Source: an uncultured Chloroflexia bacterium (GTDB lineage Bacteria > Chloroflexota > Limnocylindria > Limnocylindrales > CSP1-4). From it: a DNA stretch of 64,000 nt. Numbering within the stretch: position 1 is the first letter of the stretch; the number at the start of each line of letters is the position of its first letter. The position numbers were made by a program, and so were the translations under genes. The notes below the pieces were generated by a model. It was not told where the DNA came from. It worked only from the letters and a program-made list of their open reading frames with translations, and made no database searches. Below are positions 9,626 through 30,088 of the stretch, piece after piece. The stretch lies in assembly GCA_963713285.1 (NCBI GenBank), contig CAVQLA010000008.1, forward strand, positions 67,733 to 131,732, read 5' to 3'.

Positions 9626-10153
9626 ATGCCGACCGAGGCGAAGCGCGCCACCGTTGCCGAGCTCCGCGATGACCTCGCGGGGAGCAGCGTGCTGATCACC
9701 ACCGAGTACCGCGGCCTGCGGGTCCGCGAGATCGGCGAGATTCGTCGCGCGCTTCGGAAGAACAACGTCACCTACCGGGTCGTCAAGAACCGCCTCATGC
9801 GGATCGCGGCCGAGCAGGAGGGGAACGAGGGCGTCGCGGCCCTCCTCCACGGACCGTCGGCCATCGCGTTCGGGTCTGGCGACGAGGCCGCCGTCGCCAA
9901 GACGGTCCTCGACGCCGTCCGGCCCTACAAGCTCGTCAAGGTCACCGGCGCGGTCGTCGGCGGCCGGGCCATGGACGCCGCCGGCGTGCAGACGCTCGCG
10001 ACGCTGCCGCCGCGCGAGGTCCTCCTGGCGCAGATGGCCGGAGCCTTCAACGCCCCTGCCACGCAGGTCGCCGGCCTCCTCGTTGCGAGCCTGCGCAACC
10101 TGGGCTCCGCGCTCGCGCAGCTCTCGGAGCAGAAGGCGCAGACCGGCGCGTAG
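9626..10153 (+). CDS. rplJ: 50S ribosomal protein L10
   Basis: MPTEAKRATVAEL... is an L10 N-terminus. ATG is preceded by GAGAGGG. The track ORF starts at an upstream GTG (9608). Confidence 0.85.
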   Translation: MPTEAKRATVAELRDDLAGSSVLITTEYRGLRVREIGEIRRALRKNNVTYRVVKNRLMRIAAEQEGNEGVAALLHGPSAIAFGSGDEAAVAKTVLDAVRPYKLVKVTGAVVGGRAMDAAGVQTLATLPPREVLLAQMAGAFNAPATQVAGLLVASLRNLGSALAQLSEQKAQTGA

Positions 10154-10216
10154 CGCCACCCGACGACCCCATCCCGACCGCCCGCCCCGGCGGGCCCACC
10201 CAAGGAGCACCACCCG

Positions 10217-10609
10217 ATGGCCACTCTCACCCAGGAGCAGATCCTCGACGCGATCGGCGCCATGACTCTCGTCGAGGTCAGCGAGTTCGTCAAGAAGTTC
10301 GAGGAGAAGTTCGGCGTCACCGCGGCCGCCCCGGTCGCCGTCGCCGCTGCCGCCCCCGCCGCGGGCGCCGCCCCGGCCGCCGCGGCCGAGGAGGAGCAGA
10401 CCGAGTTCTCGGCGATCCTCACCGAGATCGGCCCGAACAAGATCCCGGTCATCAAGGTCGTCCGCGAGCTCACCGGGCTCGGCCTCAAGGAGGCGAAGGA
10501 CCTCGTCGACGCGTTCCCCAAGCCGGTGAAGGAGGGGATCGCCAAGGACGAGGCCGAGAAGATCAAGGCCGCCCTCGAGGAGCAGGGCGCGAAGGTCGAG
10601 ATCAAGTAG
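10217..10609 (+). CDS. rplL: 50S ribosomal protein L7/L12
   Basis: N-terminal dimerisation domain, Ala/Pro hinge, C-terminal [19 protein letters not shown]. Confidence 0.95.
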   Translation: MATLTQEQILDAIGAMTLVEVSEFVKKFEEKFGVTAAAPVAVAAAAPAAGAAPAAAAEEEQTEFSAILTEIGPNKIPVIKVVRELTGLGLKEAKDLVDAFPKPVKEGIAKDEAEKIKAALEEQGAKVEIK

Positions 10610-10633
10610 CGACCGCCGTCATCCGTCGCCACG

Positions 10634-10657
10634 GTCGGGCGCCGTCCTGCGCCCGAC
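10634..10657 (+). terminator. 9-bp stem hairpin (GTCGGGCGC-cgtcct-GCGCCCGAC) after rplL; attenuator or terminator without a U-tract
   Basis: Perfect inverted repeat read directly. Position corresponds to the rplL-rpoB attenuator of E. coli. Confidence 0.45.
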
Positions 10658-10717
10658 CGTCGTCGCGGCCCCAGCGCCGGGCGGTGACCCTCGTCACCGA
10701 CCCGGCCGTTGGCACGT

Positions 10718-10746
10718 TTGACAGACGGGAGAATCGCGGTACACTT
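10718..10746 (+). promoter_or_regulatory. sigma-70-type promoter (TTGACA-N16/17-TACACT) upstream of rpoB
   Basis: Consensus -35 hexamer and good -10 hexamer about 60 nt upstream of the rpoB ATG. Confidence 0.55.
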
Positions 10747-10804
10747 TCCAATTCCGTGAGCGCGGCCCTTCCCCCTCTCCCCCTCCTCCGCCAAGGAGCG
10801 GTTC

Positions 10805-14269
<3,465 letters not shown>

Positions 14270-14379
14270 CCCGCCACCCACGCACCCATCACGCGGAGCC
14301 GGTGCTCGGCCGGCCCGGCTCCGCTCGCACCCGGTCCGAATCGCGCCACTGAGGGCCCGCTGCGGCGCGGAGGAGAACG

Positions 14380-18895
<4,516 letters not shown>

Positions 18896-19085
18896 TCAGC
18901 CGGCGGGTCCGAGGGTCTTTGACACTCGTCCGGGCCCGCTGGTACACTCCCCGCTTGCGTGCCATGACCGGCAGGTCGTGGTCGTCTGCGCCCCGCGCCA
19001 CCGGCGGGGGGACCGACCGGCCGAGCCGCCCGACGAGGGCGATCACGGTCGACCACCACTGCGACGAGAAAGGGACAGCGTCTCC

Positions 19086-19520
19086 GTGCCGACGATCAGC
19101 CAGCTCGTGCGCCACGGCCGGAAGCCGAAGATCTCGAAGGTCAAGGCCCCGGCGATGCGCAAGATCTGGAACAGCCTCGACCAGCGCCAGACCCCGATTC
19201 CGGGCGCCCCCCAGAAGCGCGGCGTCTGCCTGCAGGTGCGCACGATGACGCCGAAGAAGCCGAACTCCGCGCTGCGGAAGATCGCCCGCGTCCGGCTCTC
19301 GAACCAGATGGAGGTCACGGCCTACATCCCCGGGATCGGCCACAACCTCCAGGAGCACTCCGTCGTGCTCGTGCGCGGCGGCCGGGTCAAGGACCTCCCG
19401 TCGGTCAAGTACCACATCATCCGCGGGACGCTCGACACCGCCGGCGTCCGCGATCGCAAGCAGGGCCGCTCGAAGTACGGGGCCAAGGCCACCGCCCAGC
19501 TGCCCGGCCAGAAGAAGTAG
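19086..19520 (+). CDS. rpsL: 30S ribosomal protein S12 (GTG start)
   Basis: [15 protein letters not shown]...[10 protein letters not shown]...[18 protein letters not shown]. Confidence 0.9.
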   Translation: MPTISQLVRHGRKPKISKVKAPAMRKIWNSLDQRQTPIPGAPQKRGVCLQVRTMTPKKPNSALRKIARVRLSNQMEVTAYIPGIGHNLQEHSVVLVRGGRVKDLPSVKYHIIRGTLDTAGVRDRKQGRSKYGAKATAQLPGQKK

Positions 19521-19529
19521 CAGGGACCC

Positions 19530-19997
19530 ATGCCGCGCCGCGCCAGCATCCCCCGCAAGGCCAAGTACGAGGCGACGCCCGTCAACCGGACGACCGCCCG
19601 CATCACGGCGAAGCTCATGAACGACGGCAAGCGCAACCTTGCCGACCGGATCCTGCGCCAGGCGCTCGCGCGCGCCGAGGCGCAGGCCAATCGCCCCGGC
19701 CTCGAGGTCCTCGAGGCGGCCCTTCGCAACGCGACGCCGATCATCGAGGTCAAGCCGCGCCGCGTCGGGGGTGCCACCTACCAGGTCCCGGTCGAGATCC
19801 GCGGCGATCGCCGGCTCTCGCTCGGCGTGCGCTGGCTCGTCCAGGCCGCCCGCAAGCGCAACGGCAAGAGCATGAGCGAGAAGCTCGCGGCCGAGTTCGT
19901 CGACGCGTCGAACGGCCTGGGCGCCGCCGTGAAGCGCCGCGAGGACACCCACAAGATGGCCGAGGCGAACAAGGCCTTCAGCCACTTCAAGTGGTAG
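19530..19997 (+). CDS. rpsG: 30S ribosomal protein S7
   Basis: S7 family. Position between rpsL and fusA. Confidence 0.95.
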   Translation: MPRRASIPRKAKYEATPVNRTTARITAKLMNDGKRNLADRILRQALARAEAQANRPGLEVLEAALRNATPIIEVKPRRVGGATYQVPVEIRGDRRLSLGVRWLVQAARKRNGKSMSEKLAAEFVDASNGLGAAVKRREDTHKMAEANKAFSHFKW

Positions 19998-20013
19998 GCC
20001 CGGAGCGTCGCTG

Positions 20014-22089
20014 ATGGCCCGACTCGTCTCCCTGGCGCGCACCCGGAACATCGGGATCATCGCGCACATCGATGCCGGCAAGACGACCGTCACCGAGCGG
20101 ATCCTCTTCTACACGAAGAAGATCTACAAGCTCGGCGAGGTCCACGAGGGCGCGGCCACGATGGACTGGATGCCCCAGGAGCAGGAGCGGGGCATCACCA
20201 TCACGGCCGCGGCCACGACGTGCTTCTGGGACGAGCATCGCATCAACATCATCGATACGCCCGGGCACGTGGACTTCACCATGGAAGTGGAGCGCAGCCT
20301 GCGCGTCCTCGACGGCGCGGTCGTCATCTTCGACGGCGTGGCCGGGGTGGAGCCCCAGTCGGAGACGGTCTGGCGCCAGGCCGATCGCTACCGCGTGCCC
20401 CGCATCTGCTTCATCAACAAGCTCGACCGGACGGGCGCCGATTTCTGGCGCTGCGTCGGGATGATCGAGGATCGCCTGGGTGCCAACGCGGTGCCGGTCC
20501 AGATCCCCATCGGGTCGGAGGACTCGTTCGCCGGCGTCATCGACCTGGTGCGGATGGAGGCGATCCTGTATCGCGATGACCTCGGCTCCGAGATCGACGT
20601 CGTGGCGATCCCGGCCGACCTCGTGGCCGAGGCGCGCAAGCACCGCGAGAAGCTCGTCGAGGCAGTCGCCGAGATGGACGACGACCTGATGCACAAGTAC
20701 CTCGAGGGCGAGGAGCTCACCGAGGCCGAGCTGGTGCACGGGCTGCGCCTCGGGACGCTGCAGTACCGCATCGTGCCGGTGCTGACCGGGTCGGCGCTCA
20801 AGAACAAGGGCATCCAGCCCATGCTCGACGCCGTCGTCGCGTACCTGCCGTCGCCGCTCGACGTGCCGCCGGTCATCGGCGAGCATCCGGTGACGCACGC
20901 CGAGGTCCTCCGGACCGTGGACGACGGCGAGCCCTTCAGCGCCCTCGCCTTCAAGATCGCCGCCGACCCGTTCGTCGGCAAGCTGGCCTTCTTCCGCGTC
21001 TACTCCGGGACGCTCAAGTCGGGCTCGTACATCCTGAACTCGACGAAGGGCCGGAAGGAGCGCATCGGGCGCATCCTCCAGATGCACGCCAACCACCGCG
21101 AGGAGATCGAGGAGGTCCACGCCGGCGACATCGCCGCCGCGGTCGGCCTCAAGGAGACGTACACCGGCGACACGCTCGCCGATCCCGATCACCCGGTGAT
21201 CCTCGAGTCGATGACCTTCCCGGAGCCGGTCATCGAGGTGAAGATCGAGCCCAAGACGAAGGCCGACCAGGACAAGATGGGCCTGGCCCTGCAGCGCCTC
21301 TCGGAGGAGGACCCGACGTTCCGGGTCAAGACCGACGAAGAGAGCGGCGAGACCCTGATCGCCGGGATGGGCGAGCTCCACCTCGACGTGCTCGTCGACC
21401 GGATGGTCCGCGAGTTCAAGGTCGTGGCCAACATCGGCAAGCCGCAGGTCTCCTATCGCGAGACGATCCGCCGGCTCGCCGAAGGGAACGGGCGCTTCGT
21501 GCGCCAGACGGGCGGCAAGGGCCAGTACGGCCACGTCATCCTCAAGCTGGAGCCCCTCGAGAAGGGGAGCGGGATCGAGTTCCTCGACAAGACCGTCGGC
21601 GGCACGATCCCCCGGGAGTACATGCGCGCGATCGATCACGGCATCCGCGGGGCGCTCGAGACGGGCGTCTATGCCGGGTATCCGATGGTCGACGTCCGCG
21701 CCACGGTCATCGACGGGTCCTACCACGAGGTGGACTCGAGCGAGATGGCGTTCAAGATCGCCGCCTCGATGGCGGTGAAGGACGCCGTGGAGAAGGCCAG
21801 CCCAACCATCCTCGAGCCGATGATGCGGGTCGAGGTCACGATGCCGGAGCAGTTCATGGGCGACGTCATCGGCGACCTGAACCGCCGCCGCGGCCACGTC
21901 GAGGGGATGGACGCCCGCGGCTCGACGCAGGTCGTCCGCGCGTTCGTCCCGCTCGCCGAGATGTTCGGGTACGCCACGGACCTGCGGTCGATGACCGAGG
22001 GCCGGGCCAGCTACTCGATGGAGCTGTCGCACTACGCAGAGGTCCCCGGCAACCTCGCCGCGGAGCTCGTCCAGAAGTCCAGGGTCTAG
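20014..22089 (+). CDS. fusA: elongation factor G
   Basis: 691 aa. AHIDAGKTT and DTPGHVDF motifs. Confidence 0.95.
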   Translation: MARLVSLARTRNIGIIAHIDAGKTTVTERILFYTKKIYKLGEVHEGAATMDWMPQEQERGITITAAATTCFWDEHRINIIDTPGHVDFTMEVERSLRVLDGAVVIFDGVAGVEPQSETVWRQADRYRVPRICFINKLDRTGADFWRCVGMIEDRLGANAVPVQIPIGSEDSFAGVIDLVRMEAILYRDDLGSEIDVVAIPADLVAEARKHREKLVEAVAEMDDDLMHKYLEGEELTEAELVHGLRLGTLQYRIVPVLTGSALKNKGIQPMLDAVVAYLPSPLDVPPVIGEHPVTHAEVLRTVDDGEPFSALAFKIAADPFVGKLAFFRVYSGTLKSGSYILNSTKGRKERIGRILQMHANHREEIEEVHAGDIAAAVGLKETYTGDTLADPDHPVILESMTFPEPVIEVKIEPKTKADQDKMGLALQRLSEEDPTFRVKTDEESGETLIAGMGELHLDVLVDRMVREFKVVANIGKPQVSYRETIRRLAEGNGRFVRQTGGKGQYGHVILKLEPLEKGSGIEFLDKTVGGTIPREYMRAIDHGIRGALETGVYAGYPMVDVRATVIDGSYHEVDSSEMAFKIAASMAVKDAVEKASPTILEPMMRVEVTMPEQFMGDVIGDLNRRRGHVEGMDARGSTQVVRAFVPLAEMFGYATDLRSMTEGRASYSMELSHYAEVPGNLAAELVQKSRV

Positions 22090-22160
22090 CAGTCGGGAAG
22101 GCCGGCGACGGACGTCCCCAGCGGGATCCGGACGCGGCGAGGAGCCAGGGAGCAACGACG

Positions 22161-23357
<1,197 letters not shown>

Positions 23358-23364
23358 GGACGAG

Positions 23365-23673
23365 ATGCCGAAGCAGCGGATCCGGATCCGCCTCAAGGCC
23401 TACGATCACCGCCTGCTGGATCAGTCCGCGGCGCAGATCGTGGAGACCGCCCAGCGCACCGGGGCCGACGTCGTCGGCCCGGTGCCTCTGCCGACCCGGA
23501 TCGAGAAATTCACCGTGCTCCGGTCGCCCTTCATCGACAAGGACAGCCGCGAGCAGTTCGAGATCCGGACCCACAAGCGCCTCGTGGACATCCTCGACCC
23601 GTCGGCGAAGACCGTCGACGCCCTGATGCGACTCTCGCTGGCGGCGGGCGTCGACATCGAGATCAAGATGTGA
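23365..23673 (+). CDS. rpsJ: 30S ribosomal protein S10
   Basis: [19 protein letters not shown]... Confidence 0.95.
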   Translation: MPKQRIRIRLKAYDHRLLDQSAAQIVETAQRTGADVVGPVPLPTRIEKFTVLRSPFIDKDSREQFEIRTHKRLVDILDPSAKTVDALMRLSLAAGVDIEIKM

Positions 23674-23812
23674 TGACTCCTCACTCGCTCACCCGGCCCA
23701 TGGCGGCGTTGTCGCCTGCGCCGCTCACTCACGCACGCTGGGGTGCGCTCGTTCGCGTGCTCGGCTCCGCCTTGCCCTGGGCGCAGCTGAGCGGCGAGGA
23801 GGGACCTGCGCG

Positions 23813-24421
23813 ATGACGATCGGATTGATCGGCCGCAAGGTCGGCATGACCCAGGTCTTCCAGGACGACGGGACGATGATCCCGGTGAGCGTCGTCGCCA
23901 TCGAGCCCAACACGGTGACGCGCCTCCGGACGACCGAGCGGGACGGCTACACGGCCATCCAGCTCGGGATCGAGCCCAAGCGCAAGCTCACCAGGCCCGA
24001 GGCCGGGCAGCTGAAGGACCTTCCCAAGGTCGCGGTCATCCGCGAGTTCCGCGTCGACGACCTCGGCGAGTACGAGGTCGGCCAGACGCTGGACGTCAGC
24101 CTCTTCGCCGCCGGCGACCTCATCCACGTCACCGGCCAGTCGAAGGGCAAGGGCTTCGCCGGCACCGTGAAGCGCCACAACTTCCGCCGGGGCCCGAAGA
24201 CCCACGGCTCCGACCACCACCGCGAGCCCGGCTCGATCGGCCCCGGCACGACGCCGGGTCGCGTCTACCGCGGCAGCCGGATGGCGGGGCACATGGGCGA
24301 CGAGCGGATCACCGTCAAGAAGCTGCAGGTGGTGCGCGCCGACCTCGACCGGAACCTCCTCCTCGTGAAGGGGTCCGTCCCCGGGGCGCCCAACGCGCTC
24401 GTTCTCGTGAAGAAGGCCTGA
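23813..24421 (+). CDS. rplC: 50S ribosomal protein L3
   Basis: L3 family. The 139-nt spacer after rpsJ is unusually long. Confidence 0.9.
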   Translation: MTIGLIGRKVGMTQVFQDDGTMIPVSVVAIEPNTVTRLRTTERDGYTAIQLGIEPKRKLTRPEAGQLKDLPKVAVIREFRVDDLGEYEVGQTLDVSLFAAGDLIHVTGQSKGKGFAGTVKRHNFRRGPKTHGSDHHREPGSIGPGTTPGRVYRGSRMAGHMGDERITVKKLQVVRADLDRNLLLVKGSVPGAPNALVLVKKA

Positions 24422-24423
24422 CG

Positions 24424-25047
24424 ATGCCCCAGACCACCCTCTATGCCCGCAGCGGCGACGCGATCGGGACGGTCGAGCTCTCCGACGAGCTCTTCGCCGC
24501 GCCCGTGAACGCCGGCGTCATGCACCAGGCCGTGATCGCGCAGCTTGCCGGTCGCCACCTGGGCACCCACGACACCAAGACCCGCGGCGAGGTCCGCGGC
24601 GGCGGGAAGAAGCCGTACCGCCAGAAGGGGACCGGGCGCGCCCGCCAGGGCTCCCGCACCGCGCCGCACTACGCGGGCGGCGGCGTCGTCTTCGGCCCGC
24701 ACCCGCGCAGCTACGCGCAGCGCCTGCCGCGGCGGATGAAGCGCCTGGCCCTGCGCGGGGCGCTGACCGCCAAGCTCAACGACGGCGCGATCAAGGTGCT
24801 CGACGCCTTCGCGCTCGCCGAGATCCGGACCAAGGATCTCCTGGGGGTTCTCGGGAACCTGCAGGCCAGCGGCCGCGTGCTGATCGTCGCCCCCGCGCGC
24901 GACGAGAAGCTCGACCTCTCGGCGCGCAACCTGCCGACCGTCGAGGTGCTCCTCGCCGACTCGCTCAACATCGTCGACCTGCTCAAGGCTGACATCGTCG
25001 TCATCGAGCAGCCCGCGCTCGCGCGCCTCGAGGAGGTGTACGCGTGA
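24424..25047 (+). CDS. rplD: 50S ribosomal protein L4
   Basis: L4 family. Confidence 0.9.
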   Translation: MPQTTLYARSGDAIGTVELSDELFAAPVNAGVMHQAVIAQLAGRHLGTHDTKTRGEVRGGGKKPYRQKGTGRARQGSRTAPHYAGGGVVFGPHPRSYAQRLPRRMKRLALRGALTAKLNDGAIKVLDAFALAEIRTKDLLGVLGNLQASGRVLIVAPARDEKLDLSARNLPTVEVLLADSLNIVDLLKADIVVIEQPALARLEEVYA

Positions 25048-25346
25048 CGCTCACCGCCCACGACGTCATCGTCCGGCCGATCATCAGCGAGAAGTCGATG
25101 GACGAGTCCGGCCGCGGCAAGTACACGTTCGAGGTCCACGGCGACGCCTCCAAGATCCAGGTCAAGGCGGCCGTCGAGGAGCTCTTCAAGGTCCAGGTCA
25201 CCAAGGTCAACGTCCTGACGACGAAGGCCAAGGAGAAGCGCCGCGGCACCAAGCGCGGGCGGATCTCGGGCTGGACCACTCCCTGGCGCAAGGCGATCGT
25301 GACGCTCGCCGCCGGCCAGAAGATCGAATTCTTCGAGGGGGTGTAG
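25044..25346 (+). CDS. rplW: 50S ribosomal protein L23
   Basis: L23 family. GTGA overlap with rplD. Confidence 0.9.
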   Translation: MTLTAHDVIVRPIISEKSMDESGRGKYTFEVHGDASKIQVKAAVEELFKVQVTKVNVLTTKAKEKRRGTKRGRISGWTTPWRKAIVTLAAGQKIEFFEGV

Positions 25347-25348
25347 CG

Positions 25349-26179
25349 ATGCCGCTCCGCAGCTACAAGGCCACCTCGCCCGGCCGGCGGTTCATGACCC
25401 GCTCGACGTTCGAGGAGATCACGACCCGCGAGCCGTACAAGCCGCTCCTCGAACCGATGAAGCGCGGCTCGGGCCGCAACAACCAGGGCCGTCTCACCGT
25501 CCGCCATCGCGGCGGCGGCGAGAAGCGCCACTACCGGATCATCGACTTCAAGCGCGACAAGTTCGGCGTCCCCGCGAAGGTCGCGACCGTCGAGTACGAC
25601 CCGAACCGGTCGGCCCGCATCGGGCTCCTCCACTACCGGGACGGCGAGAAGCGCTACATGCTCCTGCCGCACGGCCTCAAGGTGGGCGACGTCGTCGTCG
25701 CCGGCCCCGACGCCGAGGCCCGGGTGGGGAACGCGCTCCCGCTGGCCAACATCCCGCTCGGCACGACGATCCACAACATCGAGCTCGTGCCCGGCAAGGG
25801 CGGCCAGATCGTCCGCTCCGCGGGCGGGAGCGCCCAGCTCCTGGCCAAGGAGGGCGACTACGCGACGATCCGCCTCCCCTCGGGGGAGATGCGTCGCGTC
25901 CCCCTGCGCTGCATCGCCACGGTCGGCCAGGTCTCGAACCTGGACCACGAGAACCAGAGCCTCGGCAAGGCCGGTCGGGCTCGCCACATGGGCCTCCGCC
26001 CGGAGACCCGGGGTGTCGCGATGACGCCGCGGGACCATCCCCACGGCGGCGGCGAGGGCAAGTCCCCGACGGGCATGCCCCCCAAGACCCCGTGGGGCAA
26101 GCCCGCGATGGGCTATCGCACCGCGAAGGGCAAGCGGCCGAACCGGCTGGTTGTCCGGTCGCGGCACCGCAAGTCGTAA
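25349..26179 (+). CDS. rplB: 50S ribosomal protein L2
   Basis: L2 family (…GGGEGK…). Confidence 0.95.
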   Translation: MPLRSYKATSPGRRFMTRSTFEEITTREPYKPLLEPMKRGSGRNNQGRLTVRHRGGGEKRHYRIIDFKRDKFGVPAKVATVEYDPNRSARIGLLHYRDGEKRYMLLPHGLKVGDVVVAGPDAEARVGNALPLANIPLGTTIHNIELVPGKGGQIVRSAGGSAQLLAKEGDYATIRLPSGEMRRVPLRCIATVGQVSNLDHENQSLGKAGRARHMGLRPETRGVAMTPRDHPHGGGEGKSPTGMPPKTPWGKPAMGYRTAKGKRPNRLVVRSRHRKS

Positions 26180-26194
26180 CGGAGGAACCGGAGC

Positions 26195-26479
26195 ATGTCG
26201 CGTTCGGTCAAGAAGGGACCGTACGTCGAGGCGCGGCTCCTCGGCCGCGTCCAGGAGATGAACAAGCGGAACGAGCGGAAGGTCGTCAAGACCTGGTCGC
26301 GCGCGTCCGTCGTCTTCCCCGATTTCATCGGGCACACCGTCGCCGTCTACAACGGGCGCAAGCACGTGCCCGTCTTCGTCACCGAGAACATGGTCGGTCA
26401 TCGCTTCGGGGAGTTCGCTCCCACCCGCACGTTCCGCGGGCACGAGAAGAAGACCGACCGTTCCTCGTCGCTCAGGTAG
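26195..26479 (+). CDS. rpsS: 30S ribosomal protein S19
   Basis: S19 family. Confidence 0.95.
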   Translation: MSRSVKKGPYVEARLLGRVQEMNKRNERKVVKTWSRASVVFPDFIGHTVAVYNGRKHVPVFVTENMVGHRFGEFAPTRTFRGHEKKTDRSSSLR

Positions 26480-26490
26480 GGGGCCGGATC

Positions 26491-26829
26491 GTGCGCGTCT
26501 CCGCCACCGCCAAGTACCTCCGCGGGTCCACCCGCAAGGCCGACCTCGTCGTGCGCGCCATTCGCGGCCGCCGGGCCGAGGACGCCGCCGCGATCCTGCG
26601 GTTCATGCCGCAGGGAGCGGCACGCGACGTCGCCCGCGTCCTCGCGAGCGCCACCGCCAATGCCGAGAACAACCACAACCTTCCGGCCGACAGCCTCGTC
26701 ATCGTGGAGGCCCTCGCCAACGAGGGGCCCACGATGAAGCGCTGGCGACCGCGGGCCCAGGGCCGGGCGTTCCCGATCCACAAGCCCATGACTCACATCA
26801 CGATCGTCCTCGAGGATCGGGAGGCCTAG
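26491..26829 (+). CDS. rplV: 50S ribosomal protein L22 (GTG start; track ORF begins upstream at 26092)
   Basis: VRVSATAKYLRGSTRKADLV... GTG preceded by AGGTAGGGGG. Stop abuts the rpsC ATG. Confidence 0.85.
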   Translation: MRVSATAKYLRGSTRKADLVVRAIRGRRAEDAAAILRFMPQGAARDVARVLASATANAENNHNLPADSLVIVEALANEGPTMKRWRPRAQGRAFPIHKPMTHITIVLEDREA

Positions 26830-27519
26830 ATGGGACACAAGGTCCACCCCTACGGCTTCCGCCTGGGGACCACGCGCACTTGGACCGCGAAGTGGTACGC
26901 CGACAAGGAGTACACGACCCTCCTGAAGGAGGACATCGCGATCCGCCGCCTCGTGGAGCGGCGCCTTGCCAACGCCAGCGTGAGCGGCGTGGAGATCGAG
27001 CGCGGCATCAACTACGTGACCGTGACGATCCACACCGCCAAGCCGGGCATCGTCATCGGCAAGGGCGGTGCCAACGTCGAGATCCTGCGCAAGCAGATCG
27101 GCGACCTCACGAAGCCGCGCAAGGTGAAGCTGGAGATCAAGGAGATCCGCCAGCCCGAGCTCGATGCGTACCTCGTGGCGATGAACATCGCCCAGCAGCT
27201 CTCGCGGCGGATCGCGTTCCGCAAGGCGATGAAGCAGGGCATCCAGCGGACCATGAAGGCGGGCGCGAAGGGCGTCAAGATCGCCGTCGCCGGCCGCCTG
27301 GGCGGCTCCGAGATGGCCCGCCGCGAGTGGGACCGCGAAGGCCGGATCCCGCTCGGCACGCTCCGCGCCGACATCAGCTACGGCTACGTCCTCTCGCGGA
27401 CGACGTACGGCACGATCGGCGTGAAGGTCTGGATCTACCGGGGCGACGTCCCCGACCAGCGGGCCGCCCGGCCCACGGCCGCCCCGGCGGCCGTGCCGGC
27501 CGCCGCCCAGGGAGGCTGA
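26830..27519 (+). CDS. rpsC: 30S ribosomal protein S3
   Basis: KH domain and S3 C-terminal domain. Confidence 0.95.
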   Translation: MGHKVHPYGFRLGTTRTWTAKWYADKEYTTLLKEDIAIRRLVERRLANASVSGVEIERGINYVTVTIHTAKPGIVIGKGGANVEILRKQIGDLTKPRKVKLEIKEIRQPELDAYLVAMNIAQQLSRRIAFRKAMKQGIQRTMKAGAKGVKIAVAGRLGGSEMARREWDREGRIPLGTLRADISYGYVLSRTTYGTIGVKVWIYRGDVPDQRAARPTAAPAAVPAAAQGG

Positions 27520-27523
27520 CGCG

Positions 27524-27943
27524 ATGCTGATGCCTCGCCGCGTCAAACACCGCAAGGTGATGCGCGGACGGATGTCGGGCCAGGCGAAGGGCGGCACGGC
27601 CGTCTCCTTCGGCGAGTACGGGCTCGCCACGCTTGAGCCCGCCTGGATCACGAGCCGCCAGATCGAGGCGGCCCGGCGCGCCATGACCCGCTCGGTCAAG
27701 CGCGGCGGCAAGATCTGGATCCGCATCTTCCCGGACAAGCCGGCGACGAAGAAGCCGGCCGAGACCCGGATGGGCTCCGGCAAGGGAGCGCCCGACCACT
27801 GGGTCGCGGTCGTTCGGCCCGGACGGATCCTGTTCGAGATGGCCGGGGTCGACCGTGCCTCGGCGGTGGAGGCGATGCGCCTTGCCAGCCACAAGCTGCC
27901 GGTCGCCACGCGCTTCATCGTGAAGGACGAGGAGGGCGCGTGA
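27524..27943 (+). CDS. rplP: 50S ribosomal protein L16
   Basis: [17 protein letters not shown]... Confidence 0.95.
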   Translation: MLMPRRVKHRKVMRGRMSGQAKGGTAVSFGEYGLATLEPAWITSRQIEAARRAMTRSVKRGGKIWIRIFPDKPATKKPAETRMGSGKGAPDHWVAVVRPGRILFEMAGVDRASAVEAMRLASHKLPVATRFIVKDEEGA

Positions 27944-28143
27944 TGGACATCGACAAGGTGCGCGCCCTCACGGACGCCGAGCTGGAGCAGGCGCTCACGG
28001 ACGCCAAGCGGGACCTCTGGCAGGCCCGCTTCGAGCTCGCGACGCGCCAGCTGAAGGACTACACCGCGATCTCCGGCAGCCGCCGGACCATCGCCCGGAT
28101 CCTCACCGTGCAGCACGAGCGCAAGCTCGGCAAGACGGCGTAG
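27940..28143 (+). CDS. rpmC: 50S ribosomal protein L29
   Basis: L29 family, 67 aa. Confidence 0.9.
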   Translation: MMDIDKVRALTDAELEQALTDAKRDLWQARFELATRQLKDYTAISGSRRTIARILTVQHERKLGKTA

Positions 28144-28153
28144 GGGGCCGGCC

Positions 28154-28573
28154 ATGGCAGGAGCAACACACGTGCAGGGCAAGCGCAAGACGAAGGTCGG
28201 GCGCGTTGTCAGCGACAAGATGGACAAGACGATCGTCGTCTCCGTCGAGCGCCTGACGCGCCACCGCCTCTACAAGCGCGTCATCCGGATGACGACGAAG
28301 TTCGCCGTCCACGACGAGCTCAACCAGGCCAAGGTGGGGGACACGGTCCTCATCGAGGAGTCGCGCCCGCTCTCGCGGACCAAGCGCTGGCGCCTCGTCG
28401 AGGTCACCTCCCGCGCCGGCGAGGATCGGCCGACCGAGATCGTGGCCGAGGAAGCGGCGACGACCGAGGCGATCCACGCGGTCGCCCATCCCGGCCGGGC
28501 GCATGCCGATGCCGGTGACGCCGCCGCTGCTGCGGCGGACGCCGCTGCGGCAGCGGGGGAGGCCGAGGCGTGA
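28154..28573 (+). CDS. rpsQ: 30S ribosomal protein S17 with an Ala/Asp-rich C-terminal extension of about 50 aa
   Basis: S17 core ([19 protein letters not shown]...). The extension is ...[23 protein letters not shown]. Confidence 0.9.
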   Translation: MAGATHVQGKRKTKVGRVVSDKMDKTIVVSVERLTRHRLYKRVIRMTTKFAVHDELNQAKVGDTVLIEESRPLSRTKRWRLVEVTSRAGEDRPTEIVAEEAATTEAIHAVAHPGRAHADAGDAAAAAADAAAAAGEAEA

Positions 28574-28938
28574 TCCAGCAGCAGTCGCGGCTGCGCGTCG
28601 CGGACAACACCGGGGCGCGCGTGATCCAGTGCATCCGGGTCATGGGCCGCTCGCGGAAGACGACCGCCGAGGTCGGCGACGTGATCGTCGCCAGCGTCAA
28701 GCAGGCGATCCCGAACGCCGCCGTCAAGAAGGGCGACGTCGTGCGCGCCGTGATCGTGCGCACGGCGAAGGAGTACGGGCGTCCGGACGGCAGCTACATC
28801 CGTTTCGACGAGAACGCGGCCGTCCTCATCAACAACCAGGGCAATCCCCGCGGGACCCGGATCTTCGGCCCCGTCGCCCGCGAGCTGCGGGACCGGAACT
28901 ACATGAAGATCGTCTCGCTCGCGCCGGAGGTGCTCTAG
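28570..28938 (+). CDS. rplN: 50S ribosomal protein L14
   Basis: [17 protein letters not shown]... Confidence 0.95.
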   Translation: MIQQQSRLRVADNTGARVIQCIRVMGRSRKTTAEVGDVIVASVKQAIPNAAVKKGDVVRAVIVRTAKEYGRPDGSYIRFDENAAVLINNQGNPRGTRIFGPVARELRDRNYMKIVSLAPEVL

Positions 28939-29340
28939 ATGGGCCGTGCCGTCGCTCCCCGGATGACCAAGGTCCCCGAGATCCGCACCGGCGACACCGT
29001 CCTCGTGCTGGCCGGCAAGGATGCCGGCAAGCGCGGCGAGGTGCGGCGCATCGAGCGCCCCGCGCTCGTCGGGCAGCCCTACCGCGTCGTCGTCGAGGGC
29101 CTCAACGTCGCCAAGCGGCACACCAAGCCGCGCCCGCGGATGAACCAGGCCGACCGCACGCCGCGCATGCAGCAGGGCGGGATCATCGACAAGCCGATGC
29201 CCGTCGCGATCGGCCGGGTCATGCTCGTCTGCCCACGCTGCGATCGCCCGACGCGGATCCGTCACCTGGAGCTCGAGACCGGCGCCCGCGTGCGTGCGTG
29301 CGCGCGCTGCGGCCAGGCCGTGGAGGTGAAGGGCGCGTGA
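28939..29340 (+). CDS. rplX: 50S ribosomal protein L24 with C-terminal CxxC...CxxC zinc-ribbon-like extension
   Basis: KOW core ([21 protein letters not shown]). The C-terminus reads [37 protein letters not shown]. Confidence 0.9.
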   Translation: MGRAVAPRMTKVPEIRTGDTVLVLAGKDAGKRGEVRRIERPALVGQPYRVVVEGLNVAKRHTKPRPRMNQADRTPRMQQGGIIDKPMPVAIGRVMLVCPRCDRPTRIRHLELETGARVRACARCGQAVEVKGA

Positions 29341-29879
29341 GCAATCGCCTGAAGGAGCGCTACACGGCCGAGGTCGTGCCCGCACTCACCAAGCACTTCG
29401 AGTACCAGAACCCGATGCAGGTGCCGCGTGTCGAGAAGATCGTGGTGAACATCGGGCTCGGCGAGGCGCTCACCAACGCCAAGGCGGTCGAGGCCGCCGT
29501 CGGCGACCTCGCCCTCATCACCGGCCAGAAGCCGATCGTGACGAAGGCGAAGCGCTCGATCGCCCAGTTCCGCCTGCGGACCGGGAACACGATCGGGGCC
29601 AAGGTCACGCTCCGCGGCGAGCGGATGTGGGACTTTCTCGAGCGCCTGACCACCGTGGCTCTCCCGCGCATCCGCGACTTCCGGGGCATCCCCGGCAAGT
29701 CGTTCGACGGGCGCGGCAACTACAGCCTCGGGCTCCGCGAGCAGCTCGCGTTCCCCGAGATCGATTACGACAAGGTCGACCGTCTCCGCGGGCTGGAGAT
29801 CAGCATCGTGACGACGGCGAAGACCGACGAGGAGTCCCGCAAGATGCTGGAGCTCCTCGGCATGCCCTTCGCCGGCTGA
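29337..29879 (+). CDS. rplE: 50S ribosomal protein L5 (GTG start overlapping the rplX stop)
   Basis: [44 protein letters not shown]... The track ORF 28503..29879 is an upstream read-through. Confidence 0.9.
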   Translation: MSNRLKERYTAEVVPALTKHFEYQNPMQVPRVEKIVVNIGLGEALTNAKAVEAAVGDLALITGQKPIVTKAKRSIAQFRLRTGNTIGAKVTLRGERMWDFLERLTTVALPRIRDFRGIPGKSFDGRGNYSLGLREQLAFPEIDYDKVDRLRGLEISIVTTAKTDEESRKMLELLGMPFAG

Positions 29880-29895
29880 GCGGGGGAGGAGACCA

Positions 29896-30081
29896 ATGGC
29901 CAAGAAGTCCCTGATCGCGAAGGCAAAGCGCGGCACGAAGCACAAGGTGCAGACGTATCACCGTTGCACCGTGTGCGGACGGCCGCGCGCATACATGCGC
30001 CGCTTCGCGCTCTGTCGAATCTGCTTCCGGGAGCGCGCCCTCGTGGGCGAGCTGCCGGGAGTGACCAAGTCCAGCTGGTGA
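29896..30081 (+). CDS. rpsZ: 30S ribosomal protein S14 type Z (zinc-binding, 61 aa)
   Basis: CTVCGRP...CRICFRE C4 motif. Confidence 0.9.
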   Translation: MAKKSLIAKAKRGTKHKVQTYHRCTVCGRPRAYMRRFALCRICFRERALVGELPGVTKSSW

Positions 30082-30088
30082 GCCGCCG

